Notes: generated by a model from the sequence alone, not told the origin. 64,000 bases of DNA from an uncultured bacterium (GCA_963749495.1 CAVVMW010000021.1:96001-160000); one strand, 5' to 3'; shown: positions 1-10,027, counted from the first letter of the stretch. Made by a program: numbers and translations.

Positions 1-530
1 TTCCGGGGTCATGCCCATCATCTTCGCTCAAGCCATCCTGATGTTCCCCCAGAAATTCTTCCTGTCTCTTGGGCAAGGCAGTCAACCTGAAGTTCTTCAT
101 CGATCTGGCCCGCCTCCTGGATTACGGCTCGTTCTGGTACATGGCCCTCTACGGGTTGATGATTCTGTTCTTCTCGTATTTCTGGGTGGCCACCCAGTTC
201 AACGAACTCCAGATCGCCGATGACCTCAAGAAGAACGGCGGCTACATCCCCGGCGTGCGGCCCGGCCAGGCCACCAGCGAGTACCTGCACAACGCCATGA
301 GCCGGATCACCCTGGCGGGCGCGGTGTTCCTGACCGTGATCGCCGTGATTCCCATCCTGTTGTACAAGGAAATGAGCATCCCGCTTCAGGTCTCGACCTT
401 CTTCGGCGGCACCAGCATGCTCATCCTGGTCGGCGTGCTCCTGGATACTATGCGCCAGATGGAGACCCATCTGCTCATGCGCCACTACGACGGCTTCCTC
501 AAGAAGGGCCGCTTCGGGGGCAGGTTCTGA
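1..530 (+). CDS. secY: Preprotein translocase SecY, C-terminal part (runs off window; apparent frameshift near 66-72)
   Basis: SGVMPIIFAQAILMFP in one frame continues as ...IADDLKKNGGYIPGVRPG...FFGGTSMLILVGVLLDT...RHYDGF in the next; position upstream of map/infA. Confidence 0.95.
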
Positions 531-531
531 T

Positions 532-1309
532 TTGATTATCTTGAAGAACGAGCGGGATTTGGAAGCGATGCGGCCGGCTTGCGCGGTCGCCGGCGCGGTC
601 CTGGAAGAGGTCGGCGCCTTCATCAAGCCCGGCGTGACGACCAAGGAAGTCGATGACTTCGCGGCGTCGCGCATCAAGAGCTACGGCGCCAGGAGCGCGT
701 TTTTCGGGTACCGGAAGTACCCGTGCCATATCTGCATCTCGGTCAACGAGCAGGTGGTGCACGGCCTGGCCGGGGCCAGGCCATTGCGGTTCGGGGACAT
801 CGTCAGCCTGGATGTCGGGGTCATTTACAACGGGTTTATCGGGGACACCGCCCGGACGGTGGCCGTGGGCGGGTGCGGCGCTGCCGGCCCAAAGGCTGAT
901 GGACGTCACGGAGCAGGCCCTGCACGAGGGAATTGCCCAGGCGCTGCCCGGCCGGCGCGTAGTTGATATTTCGCGCGCCATACAGGAATATGTAGAGGGC
1001 AACGGCTTCAGCGTCGTTCGCGAGTTCGTCGGCCACGGGGTCGGCCGCTCGATGCACGAAGAACCCCAGGTGCCGAACTTCGTGGAAGGCAAGCCGTCGC
1101 CCAAGCTGCGCCCGGGGATGACCCTGGCCATCGAACCGATGGTCAATGCCGGGCTGCCTGCGGTCAAGGTCTTCAATGATGGCTGGACAGTGGTGACGCA
1201 AGATGGTTCACTGTCGGCCCATTTTGAGCACACGGTGTTGATCACCGAGAACGAGCCGGAAATCCTGACATGGCCCGAACGGATGCCATCGAAGTTGAAG
1301 GCGCCGTAG
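532..1309 (+). CDS. map: Methionine aminopeptidase type I (apparent frameshift near 880)
   Basis: [28 protein letters not shown] in ORF 532..966; [34 protein letters not shown] in ORF 653..1309. Confidence 0.95.
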
Positions 1310-1502
1310 TGGAAGCACTGCCCAACGGGACCTACCGGGTGGAGCTGCCCAACGGCCATCGCGTGCTGGCCTATGTGACCGGCAAGGCCCGCTTGAGTTT
1401 CCCCGGCTGGCGCCGGGAGATAAGGTCCGCCTGGAAATGTCGCCTTACGATTTGTCGGAAGGCCGCATCGTCGTGGGGACACAGACCGGTCAGTCAGTTT
1501 GA
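1270..1502 (+). CDS. infA: Translation initiation factor IF-1 (apparent frameshift near 1400)
   Basis: [39 protein letters not shown], then shifted-frame [22 protein letters not shown], ending TGA 1500-1502. Confidence 0.88.
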
Positions 1503-1518
1503 ATTTGAATTGGATTTT

Positions 1519-1632
1519 ATGAAAGTTCGCGCATCTGTTAAAAAGCTTTGCGAGAATTGCAAGATCATTCGCCGCAAAGGGATCATCCGCGTCATCTGCA
1601 CCAACCCGCGCCACAAACAGCGCCAGGGCTGA
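1519..1632 (+). CDS. rpmJ: 50S ribosomal protein L36
   Basis: [37 protein letters not shown], Zn-ribbon C/C/C/H. Confidence 0.98.
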   Translation: MKVRASVKKLCENCKIIRRKGIIRVICTNPRHKQRQG

Positions 1633-1688
1633 ATGCGTCCGTCCCTTGAGTCCTTTATGTCCCTTAAGCCCCTTCTTATTTTTGACCT

Positions 1689-2084
1689 ATGGCTCGCATC
1701 ATCGGAGTAGAAGTTCCGCCCAATAAGCGCATCGAGATCGCCTTGCGCTACATCTATGGCATCGGCCCCACCAACTCGAAGGAAATCCTGGCCAAGGCCA
1801 AGATCGACCCCGGCACCCGCGCCAAGGACCTGACAGAGCAGCAACTCTCGCAGATCGTGCACGCCATCCAGGATGGCAAGTACATCATCGAAGGCGACCT
1901 GCGCCGCGAGATCGGCATGAACCTCAAACGCCTGCAGGGCATCAAGTGCTACCGCGGCATCCGCCACCTGCGCGGCCTGCCCGTCCGCGGCCAGCGCACC
2001 CAGACCAACGCCCGCACCCGCAAAGGCCCCCGCAAGACCGTCGGCGTGGTCCGAAATCCCGCCGCCAAGACCGGCATCCACTAA
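1689..2084 (+). CDS. rpsM: 30S ribosomal protein S13
   Basis: MARIIGV...[10 protein letters not shown]...[26 protein letters not shown]. Confidence 0.98.
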   Translation: MARIIGVEVPPNKRIEIALRYIYGIGPTNSKEILAKAKIDPGTRAKDLTEQQLSQIVHAIQDGKYIIEGDLRREIGMNLKRLQGIKCYRGIRHLRGLPVRGQRTQTNARTRKGPRKTVGVVRNPAAKTGIH

Positions 2085-2119
2085 TCCCACTCCAAGCCCA
2101 ATTAGCCCCAATAAGTCGT

Positions 2120-2794
2120 ATGGCCGACGAACCCAAAAAGAAACCCGCCCCCAGGAAAGAAGGAAAACCGAAGGCCGGCGCCGAAAAGCCGTCCGGCAAG
2201 CCCGTCGGCGAAGGGGCGCCCGCCAAGGCGCCCAGGAAGGCCCCCGGCCCGGCTGCCGCTGCGCCCGCGGGCGCTGCCCCAGGCCCTCAGGCCGCCGGCC
2301 CCCAAGCCCCAGGCGCCCCCGGCCCCGAGGGCGCCAAGCCCCCGGAAGGCGCCCCGCCCGCCCCGGCCGTCGCGGCCCCCACCGCCGCCGAACTGCTCGC
2401 CGACGAACTGGCCGGCAAGAAGATCGTCAAGGCCAAGGGCGCCAAGAACATCACTAGCGGCATTGCCAATATCCTGGCCACGTTCAACAACACCCAGGTC
2501 AGCATCACCGACATGCAGGGGCACGTCATCGGCTGGTCCACCGCCGGGCGGGTTGGCTTCAAGGGCTCGCGCAAGAGCACCGCCTATGCCGCCCAGCAGG
2601 TCGCCCAGGATGCCGCCCGCCAAGCCATGTCCCACGGGATGCGCGAAATCGAGGTCCGGGTCAAAGGCCCCGGCTCCGGCCGCGAATCCGCCATCCGCGC
2701 CCTCCAGGCCATCGGCCTGGAAATCACCACCATCAAGGACGTGACCCCCATCCCCCACAACGGCTGCCGCCCGCGCAAGAAACGCCGCGTCTAA
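2120..2794 (+). CDS. rpsK: 30S ribosomal protein S11 with long Ala/Pro/Lys-rich N-terminal extension
   Basis: [60 protein letters not shown] at 2120. Confidence 0.96.
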   Translation: MADEPKKKPAPRKEGKPKAGAEKPSGKPVGEGAPAKAPRKAPGPAAAAPAGAAPGPQAAGPQAPGAPGPEGAKPPEGAPPAPAVAAPTAAELLADELAGKKIVKAKGAKNITSGIANILATFNNTQVSITDMQGHVIGWSTAGRVGFKGSRKSTAYAAQQVAQDAARQAMSHGMREIEVRVKGPGSGRESAIRALQAIGLEITTIKDVTPIPHNGCRPRKKRRV

Positions 2795-2802
2795 CCCCCC
2801 CT

Positions 2803-2825
2803 TCGACACTCGACACTCGACACTC
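2803..2825. repeat. 7-bp tandem repeat (TCGACAC)x3 between rpsK and rpsD
   Basis: tcgacactcgacactcgacactc. Confidence 0.85.
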
Positions 2826-2834
2826 TTTTGCAAT

Positions 2835-3443
2835 ATGGCTCGCTATACAGGTCCCCGTGTTCGTATCAGCCGCCGGTTCGGCGTCCCCATCTTCGGCCCC
2901 TCGAAGTACCTCGAACGCCGCAACTACGGTCCGGGCGTCCATGGCCCCAAGTCCCGGCGCAAACACACCGACTACGGTCTGGCTCTCATCGAGAAGCAGA
3001 AACTGCGCTACTACTACGGCCTGCTCGAGCGCCAGTTCCGCGGCGTGTACGAGCGCGCCCTCAAGCGCCGCGGCGTCACCGGCGAGCAGATGCTCCAGAT
3101 CCTGGAGACCCGCCTGGACAACGTCTGCTACCACCTGGGCTTTGCCAATACCCGCGCGGCCGCCCGGCAGTTGGTCTGCCACGGGCACGTCCGCGTGAAC
3201 GGCCGCAAGGTCAACATCCCGTCCTACGGCCTGAAGGTGAACGACGTCATCGAGATCAAGAACTCGAACGCCGCCCGGCAGTTGGCCACCAAGAACCTCG
3301 AAGGCGCCGCCAGCCGGGCCGTTCCCGATTGGCTCTCCCTCAACAAGGAGGCCCTCAAGGGCGTGGTCATGCGCATCCCCGCCCGCGACGAGATCCAGCC
3401 CATCGCCAACGAGCAGGCCGTCGTCGAATTTTATTCCCGCTAA
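2835..3443 (+). CDS. rpsD: 30S ribosomal protein S4
   Basis: MARYTGPRVRISRRFG, EKQKLRYYYG, LETRLDNV, ARQLVCHGHVRVNG, VVEFYSR. Confidence 0.98.
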   Translation: MARYTGPRVRISRRFGVPIFGPSKYLERRNYGPGVHGPKSRRKHTDYGLALIEKQKLRYYYGLLERQFRGVYERALKRRGVTGEQMLQILETRLDNVCYHLGFANTRAAARQLVCHGHVRVNGRKVNIPSYGLKVNDVIEIKNSNAARQLATKNLEGAASRAVPDWLSLNKEALKGVVMRIPARDEIQPIANEQAVVEFYSR

Positions 3444-3558
3444 CCAACCAACGGAGTTATGGAGCGATGAGATGGCTCCGGCACAATTATACGGGCCTCG
3501 GCGGGCGGCGGGAATAATCCCGCCGGGGCCAGATTAAAATTGTTGAAAGGAAAAAACT

Positions 3559-4587
3559 ATGCCAGTGCGTCTGGGACGTTTCGAAATGCCCAAGCGGTTG
3601 ACCAAAGAAGAGTCCACCGCCACGGAGACCTATGCCAAGTTCGTTGCCGAGCCCTTTGAGACCGGCTACGGCCATACCGTCGGCAACTCGCTGCGCCGCG
3701 TGCTGCTCTCCTCGCTGGAGGGCGCGGCCATCACCTCGATCAAGATCGATGGCGCCATGCACGAGTTCGGCGTCATCGATGGCGTCGTCGAGGACGCCAC
3801 CGACATCGTCCTCAACCTCAAGAAGGTCCTGTTGCTCGCTCACAGCCGCGACCCGCAGACCCTGCTCCTGTCCGTCAACAAGGAGGGAGAAGTCACCGCT
3901 GCCGACATCCAGCTCAACCAGAATGTCGAACTGGTCAACCCCACCCAGCACATCTGCACCCTCGACAAGAAGAAAAAGTTCGAGATGGAGCTCGAAGTCA
4001 AGGTCGGCCGCGGCTTCCTGCCGGGCGACGAAAACAAGAAGCCCAACCAGGCCATCGGCGTCATTGCCATCGACTCCCTCTTCTCCCCCGTCACCCGCGT
4101 CCGCTACGCCGTCGAAAACGCCCGCGTCGGCCAGCGCACCGATTACGACCGCCTCCTGCTGGAAATCTGGACCGATGGCCGCATCTCGCCCGACGACGCC
4201 CTCACCCAGGCCTCCGCCATCCTCCAACACCACCTCGACGTCTTCGTCGGTTACGACAAGAATGCCATCGAGTTCGAGGAGGTCGTCGATAAGCAGGACG
4301 AGGAGAAGACCAAGCTCAAGAAGCTCCTCAACATGAGCGTCAACGAAATCGAGCTCAGCGTCCGCGCCGCCAACTGCCTCAACAATGCCAACATCACCAC
4401 CGTCGGCCAACTCGCCATGAAGACCGAGCAGGAGATGCTCAAGTACCGCAACTTCGGCAAGAAGTCGCTCAACGAAATCAAAGACAAACTCGCCGCCCTG
4501 GGCCTGACGCTCGGCATGACCTTCGAGCCCGATTTGCTCGAGGCCCCCAGAGAGGAACCCACCACCCTGGCGTCAATCACGCGATAA
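3559..4587 (+). CDS. rpoA: DNA-directed RNA polymerase subunit alpha
   Basis: EPFETGYGHTVGNSLRRVLLSSLEG, IDSLFSPV, ELSVRAANCL, NFGKKSLNEI. Confidence 0.98.
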   Translation: MPVRLGRFEMPKRLTKEESTATETYAKFVAEPFETGYGHTVGNSLRRVLLSSLEGAAITSIKIDGAMHEFGVIDGVVEDATDIVLNLKKVLLLAHSRDPQTLLLSVNKEGEVTAADIQLNQNVELVNPTQHICTLDKKKKFEMELEVKVGRGFLPGDENKKPNQAIGVIAIDSLFSPVTRVRYAVENARVGQRTDYDRLLLEIWTDGRISPDDALTQASAILQHHLDVFVGYDKNAIEFEEVVDKQDEEKTKLKKLLNMSVNEIELSVRAANCLNNANITTVGQLAMKTEQEMLKYRNFGKKSLNEIKDKLAALGLTLGMTFEPDLLEAPREEPTTLASITR

Positions 4588-4656
4588 GACTGCGCCCGCC
4601 GCCGCCGAGAGCGCCTCCCGCTCCCGCTCGCGACGCCGCCCGCCACTCTCCAATTT

Positions 4657-5166
4657 ATGCGACACCTTAAGCGAACCGCCAAGTTGGGCCGCACTGGCCA
4701 GCACCGCAATGCCATGCTCGCCAACCTGGTCTGCAGCCTCATCCTCCACAAGCGCGTCACCACGAGCGTCGCCAAAGCCAAAGCCGCCCGCTCCGTTGCC
4801 GAAAAAATGGTCACCCTCGGCAAAAGCGGCACCCTCCACGACCGCCGCCTGGCCGCCGCCCGCCTCCACCAGGAAAAGGCCGTCAAGATCCTCTTCGACG
4901 AAATCGCCAAGCAGCACCAGGAGCGCCATGGCGGTTACACCCGCATCGTCCGCCTCGCCAAGTGCCGCCAGGGCGACGCCTCCCAAAGCGCCATCCTCGA
5001 ATGGGTCGAAGGGCAGACCGTCGCCCAACCCACCCCCGAGACGACCAAGCCGGCCGCCCAAACCAGCCCCGCTCCGCAGCCCCAGCCCCAGGCCCCTGCC
5101 GCCCCCATGCCTGCCGAGGAGCCTAAGCCCGCTGCCGAGGCTCCCCCCGAAACCAAACCCGCGTAA
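4657..5166 (+). CDS. rplQ: 50S ribosomal protein L17 with Pro/Ala-rich C-terminal tail
   Basis: MRHLKRTAKLGRTGQHRNAMLANL, GGYTRIVRL, RQGDAS. Confidence 0.97.
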   Translation: MRHLKRTAKLGRTGQHRNAMLANLVCSLILHKRVTTSVAKAKAARSVAEKMVTLGKSGTLHDRRLAAARLHQEKAVKILFDEIAKQHQERHGGYTRIVRLAKCRQGDASQSAILEWVEGQTVAQPTPETTKPAAQTSPAPQPQPQAPAAPMPAEEPKPAAEAPPETKPA

Positions 5167-5304
5167 GAGCGGCTGGCAAGATTAGACCTGGAAACGGCAG
5201 TTGAAGGACCTGGCCGCAGCCCCATGGGTCTGATTCTGTTGGGGTATGCCACCTCAAATAACTCCCATCAGGGCTCACCCTGAGGGTGAATGCGCCGATG
5301 CACC

Positions 5305-5576
5305 AGGGCCGAAGGCCCGCAATGTGATAGCCTGGGCTGGAGCGAGTCCGACGAGCGGAGGCCCAGGTCAACCACCGTCGCGAACCTGCCCAGCCCTGCA
5401 AGGGCGTCACCCCTCATGTCCCCATCTCTGGCCAACATCGTTGTTGACCTCGTCTTTAGCAGCAAGAGCCCCTCTTTCGCCCCTACAGGGCGCAGGAATC
5501 GTCTCTTTCGCCCCTTACCTGGGGCTCCGCGCTGCGCGCTTCACCCCAGGCTTTCACATTGCGGGCCTTCGGCCCT
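5305..5576 (+). mobile_element. Non-autonomous palindromic element enclosing an IS200/Y1-transposase N-terminal remnant
   Basis: 32-bp inverted repeats 5305-5336 / 5545-5576 (1 mismatch); inner GCCCTGCAAGGGC and CCCTACAGGG hairpins; ATG 5416 gives MSPSLANIVVDLVFSSK. Confidence 0.65.
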
Positions 5577-5601
5577 CTCCCTTTCCGGGCCTGTGGACCC
5601 A

Positions 5602-7044
5602 TCACGGCTCGACCGACCGGAAATACTCATAGAAGACCTCAGCCAGCGCCGCGCCGTAGTCTTGCCAATGCCGCGCGGAGGGGTAGTCCTTAAGCCCCGC
5701 GATCCAATTGCAGTTGAACTCGTGAACGGCGGCGTCGATTCCATACCGCTCGAACCAGCCGTCGCCGAGCGTGCCTGAGTTGCGGACCGTTGGGGGGGTG
5801 CTCCCCTCGGTAAACCAAGTGTGCTGGCGCAGGAGGCCCTCCAGGACGGCCATGCGGTCCAGGTGCCGTTTCAACTGGGGCACAGGAGGCCGGCTGAGGT
5901 GCAGTTGGCCGGAGCCGTCGTTGTGCAACTCCAAGGCAAGCTGGGGAGTTTCTCCCGCCCGGATCATGGCCTCCAGCCACTTCTCCAATGCGTAGTTTTC
6001 CGGCGAAAGCTGCGGGTCAGCCGGTTTGTCCCATTCGCGATTGAGGTCTTTGCCACGGAGATTGAACCGTGTGCCCCCGCGCGCTACGCCGTCCTTGTTG
6101 GCCATGGGCAAGACATAAAGGCAGTAGCAGTCCAACCATTTCCCGGACAGTTGGTCTCCTTGGAGCAGCCGTTGGATGAGGCCCTGGGCGACCCAACTGC
6201 CGCCCGCCTCCCACGGGTGCGCTCTGGCCCGGACGAAGGCGCGATGCCGGGCTCGAGGATTGCCGATGCGGACGATCTCCAGATCGCGTCCTTCGACGGT
6301 CTTGCCGATGACGCGGATCTCCACTTGCGGATTGTTTTTGATGGAGGCCAGCAGGCGATCCAGGTCGGAGAGCCGATAGGGTTCCACACGCGCCACGTAG
6401 AGCCTGGGGCCGGGCATGCAGAGGTGGAGTCTCACGCGGTTGTCCGGCAGTCCCTCCAGCGGGACCGGGTTCCACTGCCGCCCATCTTGCGAGATGACGG
6501 CCGTCTTCAACTCCTTGGCAACGGAGCCCGGCTGCCCATTATAAACGTTGTCCAGGTTGTTGAATTCGAGCGTGAAAGTAGAGCCGATCCTGGCCTGGAG
6601 CAGGAAGTGAAAGTGCCCGGCGGCGCGGTTGGGCGACGAGCGTTCGTGATCGTAGAGCAGGTGGAGGTGGATGGCGCCATCGGGAGCTGGCTCATACCAG
6701 AGCGGCGAGGCATTCTCGAAACCGGTGTCGATGAACTCAAGGGCAGCCGGCTCATTGGTGAGCGCAAAGCAACAGCCGCAGGCAACCAAAGCCCCCAGCA
6801 GCGCCCCATGCCTAAAGACCCGGCTGCCGCCTTTGGAACAGCCGTGGGTCACGCGGTGAGTTTCCATCGGCGCGACCGGGACGCGCTCGATGATGCGGCC
6901 GCTCTTGATCTGGCGCAGGCGGGTGTGGAGCTTGTGGCGGGCCTGGGCGGTGCCGCTGGTGTGCAGGTCCTCGATGACATGGGGCGAGCCATCCAGCATC
7001 AGGACCATCAGGCGCTTGAACTCCGAGGGCAATATCGTTTGCAT
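5602..7044 (-). CDS. M14-family zinc carboxypeptidase-like protein, in-frame with an N-terminal EF-P-like fragment
   Basis: ARAHPWE, NKDGV..G.TRFN..GKDLNREW, LELHND = M14 motifs; first ~77 aa resemble the EF-P KOW domain and start of its OB domain. Confidence 0.78.
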   Translation of the reverse strand: MQTILPSEFKRLMVLMLDGSPHVIEDLHTSGTAQARHKLHTRLRQIKSGRIIERVPVAPMETHRVTHGCSKGGSRVFRHGALLGALVACGCCFALTNEPAALEFIDTGFENASPLWYEPAPDGAIHLHLLYDHERSSPNRAAGHFHFLLQARIGSTFTLEFNNLDNVYNGQPGSVAKELKTAVISQDGRQWNPVPLEGLPDNRVRLHLCMPGPRLYVARVEPYRLSDLDRLLASIKNNPQVEIRVIGKTVEGRDLEIVRIGNPRARHRAFVRARAHPWEAGGSWVAQGLIQRLLQGDQLSGKWLDCYCLYVLPMANKDGVARGGTRFNLRGKDLNREWDKPADPQLSPENYALEKWLEAMIRAGETPQLALELHNDGSGQLHLSRPPVPQLKRHLDRMAVLEGLLRQHTWFTEGSTPPTVRNSGTLGDGWFERYGIDAAVHEFNCNWIAGLKDYPSARHWQDYGAALAEVFYEYFRSVEP

Positions 7045-7135
7045 AGTGAATTCTGCCGGTCATGCCGGGCTTGCGATGGCCGCTTCGGACTGGAAGCTCT
7101 TAGCGCGGATCCGCCGGGCGTCAAGCCTAAGCTAC

Positions 7136-7451
7136 GGCAGAAAAATCGGATGGGCGTCGGACAAAAATCTTCACGACATGAATTTTGCTGGGCTTTCGTC
7201 ACAGAGAATGTCTAGGAATCCAGATACGAACCGGCACGGACCCAATCAATGCCGCCGCATCAGGCCGCTCTTCGTTTCCTTTGTTTCCTTCTGTTCTGTT
7301 CCTGTGCCCAGCCGGCGGGACGCAGGAAAAGAACAGAAGGAAACGAAGGAAACGAAGGATCGAAGACGCAGATCGCATCTGGGAGCTTCGGTCTGGAGGT
7401 CCAAGAAGAATTCTGTCTCACACGCAAATGGGAGGAAGCCATTTTTCTGCC
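7136..7451. repeat. Nested inverted repeats: outer GGCAGAAAAAT/ATTTTTCTGCC, inner 9-bp-periodic TTCGTTTCC/GGAAACGAA arms
   Basis: Outer 7136-7146 / 7441-7451; inner 7271-7296 / 7330-7356. Confidence 0.7.
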
Positions 7452-7558
7452 ATCCCATTTTTGGGCCAGACCCGAAACGGGAGGGGCATGGAGAGCGCTC
7501 CGTGATCCACACGCTCCACATGCCCCCGAACCTGGGCTGAGCACTGACTACTGGCTGC

Positions 7559-8555
7559 TCATTCCGCAATCACGGTCACCTTCTTGCAGAAATCGTCGAG
7601 GCTGAGCTTGTCCTTCTGAAAGGCATCAATGTCCGATTTCCGTGCCCGGAGGATGAGCCGGCTGCCCTGGCTCTCAGCCGCGGCCCGCCCGGTCCAGGTC
7701 ATCATGCCGCCACCGCCCATGCCGCCCAGGCCGCCACCGCTCATGCCGCCACCCATGCCACCCATGCCACCGATGCCACCGCCGCTGGCCCCAGTGTGTC
7801 GTTGTCGAATCGTGAGCTTAGTCGCTCCTTTTCCGCCGCGGCCCGCTACCACCACCGTCAGCGCCTCATCGGGTTTCAACCTCCGGATGTGCGAGCCATT
7901 TTTGAGGGCGTTCATCAGGTCCTTCTTGAGGGTCTCGACCCTGTCGGCGTCGTATTCAGCCTCCTGCGCGCCGCTGCCGGATTCGACGAGAAGTTGGTCG
8001 AACATGGATGCCAAAGCCCTGGGGTCCCGATGGCTGGGCCAGCTCGCGGCGGGCTTCCTCCCATTCGCTGCTGGTCTGGTCTTTGGCCTCAGATTCGGTC
8101 TTCTTGACCGCAGGCTCGACCAGCGGGTAATTGACACTGAGGAAGAACAGGGCGCCGTAGCCTTCCAGGTAGAGGTTCTGCGGCAGGCTGGCGCGGCCGA
8201 GTATTTGCCTATGAATAGAGATGCCCATGGCGTTATGGGATTTGCCGACACCGCCTCCTGCGGCCTTCTGGAGGATGTGGGCCATGATTCTGAGGTCTTC
8301 CTCGATGTTGGCCAGGTCTTTGGGCTCGGCGGCCTCCTTGGGGATGATCAAGGCGCGGGTGGCCTCGCCCGCGGTGGTGCCGAGGGCATCGGAGAGCTCT
8401 AGCGAATAGTCGAATGGGTCGGCCGTATCGGCGCCAGCCTGGGCGACGACCTTGAGTTCTTCCTGGGCCATGTTGTGCTCATCCTGGGCGCGGCCGGAAC
8501 CGGCGGCCAGGACGGGCGCCGCCAGGGCGGCGATGAGTGCAATGTGATATTTCAT
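7559..8555 (-). CDS. Secreted hypothetical protein of the ECF sigma operon (apparent frameshift near 8010-8040)
   Basis: Signal peptide MKYHIALIAALAAP...; YLEGYGALF in ORF 7956..8591, continuing EYDADRVETLKKDLMNALKNG in ORF 7559..8251; Gly/Met-rich tract. Confidence 0.7.
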
Positions 8556-8587
8556 AGAGTGACGTGTTTCAGTTGTTTTTCTTTGTT

Positions 8588-9313
8588 TCACTGTTTGGGT
8601 TCGGGGCCGAAAGCGGGGACGGGGTTGCGGGCCGGGGCTGAATAGGAGACCAGGCGCGCCAGGTTTTCGTAGGTCTGCTGGAAGCCATCGTCCGTGTTGA
8701 GGGCGACGGTTTCCAATGCCGCGCGCAGTTTGTCGAAGCGCGCGTCAATGTTCTGGAGGGCGAGTTGGAAATTCTGCTGGTCCAGCGCCCGCTGGGAATC
8801 CTGGGCGCGGGCGTATTCGGAGAGCAGACGCAGTGTCTGGGCGCCGGCGCTGGCGGTGGCCAAGGCGAGGTGATTGCTCCAGGCCGATTGGTCGCGCTGA
8901 ACCGCCTGGGCGAGCTGGGCGACCGAAAGCTGGAGCTCGGAGAGCGCGTGCGCGCCCGGCGCCGTCCGCCGGCCCAGGCCAAAGCCCAGGAAAAGCACCA
9001 GGGCAGCCGCTGCGGCCCATTTGAGGACGGGCAGCCCCAGCCGCGCGGCGCTGCAGGCGGACCAGGCGGCGGGTTGCGGCATCCCGGCGCGCCCCGCGTG
9101 GCGGGCAGACGGCAGCGCCCAGTCGTCCAGGGCGCGCTGGCTGCCGCGCCAGGCCGCCACCTGCGCGGCGCAGGCGGGACAGGAGGCGAGGTGGCCGTCC
9201 AATTCGCGCCGACGGGCAGGGGGGGTCTCCCGGTACAGGAAGGCCATCCATTCGGCGGCGTCCGGGTGCGTCATAGCACCCGGAATTCGGGTGTTCGTGT
9301 CTTGCGGTTGCAT
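8588..9313 (-). CDS. Putative zinc-finger (HxxxCxxC) anti-sigma factor, membrane anchored
   Basis: GHLASCPACAAQV, TM segment WAAAAALVLFLGFGLG; directly downstream of ECF sigma. Confidence 0.8.
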   Translation of the reverse strand: MQPQDTNTRIPGAMTHPDAAEWMAFLYRETPPARRRELDGHLASCPACAAQVAAWRGSQRALDDWALPSARHAGRAGMPQPAAWSACSAARLGLPVLKWAAAAALVLFLGFGLGRRTAPGAHALSELQLSVAQLAQAVQRDQSAWSNHLALATASAGAQTLRLLSEYARAQDSQRALDQQNFQLALQNIDARFDKLRAALETVALNTDDGFQQTYENLARLVSYSAPARNPVPAFGPEPKQ

Positions 9314-9939
9314 GATAAGTCTTCGTTTAGATTCAACGGTTTGAGCAGGCGTCCCAGTTGCGTGAGCGCCTCGGCCGCGCGGGACTTGACGGTGCCTTCG
9401 GGGATGTCCAGGACGGCGGCGATTTCGTGGAACTTGAGGCGCTCATAATGGCGCAGGGCCAGCACCTCGCGGTACTGCGGGGGCAGTTTGAGCAGGGCCC
9501 GGCGGACCATCTCGCCTCGTTCCTGGGCCTGGGCCTGCACATCCGGTGGCGGGTCGTCTGCGGCCAGTAAGTCCAGGCCGCCGCCGCCAGCCTCGGCGAG
9601 GGCGTCGAGCGAACATTCGCCGCGGCGATGGGTCTTGCGCAATTCGTCATGGCAGAGGTTCAAGGCGATGCGCCACAGGAAGGTCGAGAACTTTCCCCGT
9701 GGCTCCCAATGGGCGCGCGCGGCAAACACGCGGACGAACACCCCTTGGCAGAGGTCCTCCGCCCGGTGCGGGTCACCCGTCATGCGGGCGCACAGGCGCT
9801 GGATGGGCGCCTGCCAGCGCGCCACCAGGCGGGCAAAGGCCTGGGCGTCGTCTGCCGATTTGACGCGCCACATCATTTGCTCGTCCGTTGCCGCCAGGAG
9901 CGATGTGAGGAAGTTGCTCATGCCCCGGTTTTCACACAT
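9271..9939 (-). CDS. ECF RNA polymerase sigma-70 factor
   Basis: AEDLCQGVFVRVF, FSTFLWRIALNLCHDELR, LPPQYREVLALRHYE, EIAAVLDIPEGTVKSR. Confidence 0.92.
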   Translation of the reverse strand: MCENRGMSNFLTSLLAATDEQMMWRVKSADDAQAFARLVARWQAPIQRLCARMTGDPHRAEDLCQGVFVRVFAARAHWEPRGKFSTFLWRIALNLCHDELRKTHRRGECSLDALAEAGGGGLDLLAADDPPPDVQAQAQERGEMVRRALLKLPPQYREVLALRHYERLKFHEIAAVLDIPEGTVKSRAAEALTQLGRLLKPLNLNEDLSCNRKTRTPEFRVL

Positions 9940-9977
9940 TCTCTTTCACAGGAACTTGCGAGGCTGCGCCTCAGACC

Positions 9978-10027
9978 GTGGCTCGGGCATCCTGCCCGAG
10001 CATCCACGGGCAAGATGCCCGTGCCAC
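9978..10027. repeat. REP-like double hairpin
   Basis: gtggctcgggcatcctgcccgagc...cacgggcaagatgcccgtgccac. Confidence 0.7.

Noticed and set aside
532..1309. Programmed frameshifting or pseudogenisation of map, secY and other split genes
   Set aside because: No consistent slippery sequence; the frequency and the essential genes affected point to sequencing error
1270..1632. Apparent IF-1/L36 fusion ORF
   Set aside because: Produced by the frameshift in infA; the IF-1 C-terminus is present in another frame and rpmJ has its own ATG at 1519
7185..7605. Short ORFs with periodic peptides (EQKETKETK, TEYTEYTE, CDKGCDKG, HKGHKGHK, ICNLQFSIC, PLTPALSP) here and at other gaps
   Set aside because: They are translations of the intergenic tandem/palindromic repeats, not proteins
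7700..7790. GCCGCCACCCAT-type tandem repeat
   Set aside because: Encodes a Gly/Met-rich linker within a CDS; ordinary low-complexity coding sequence
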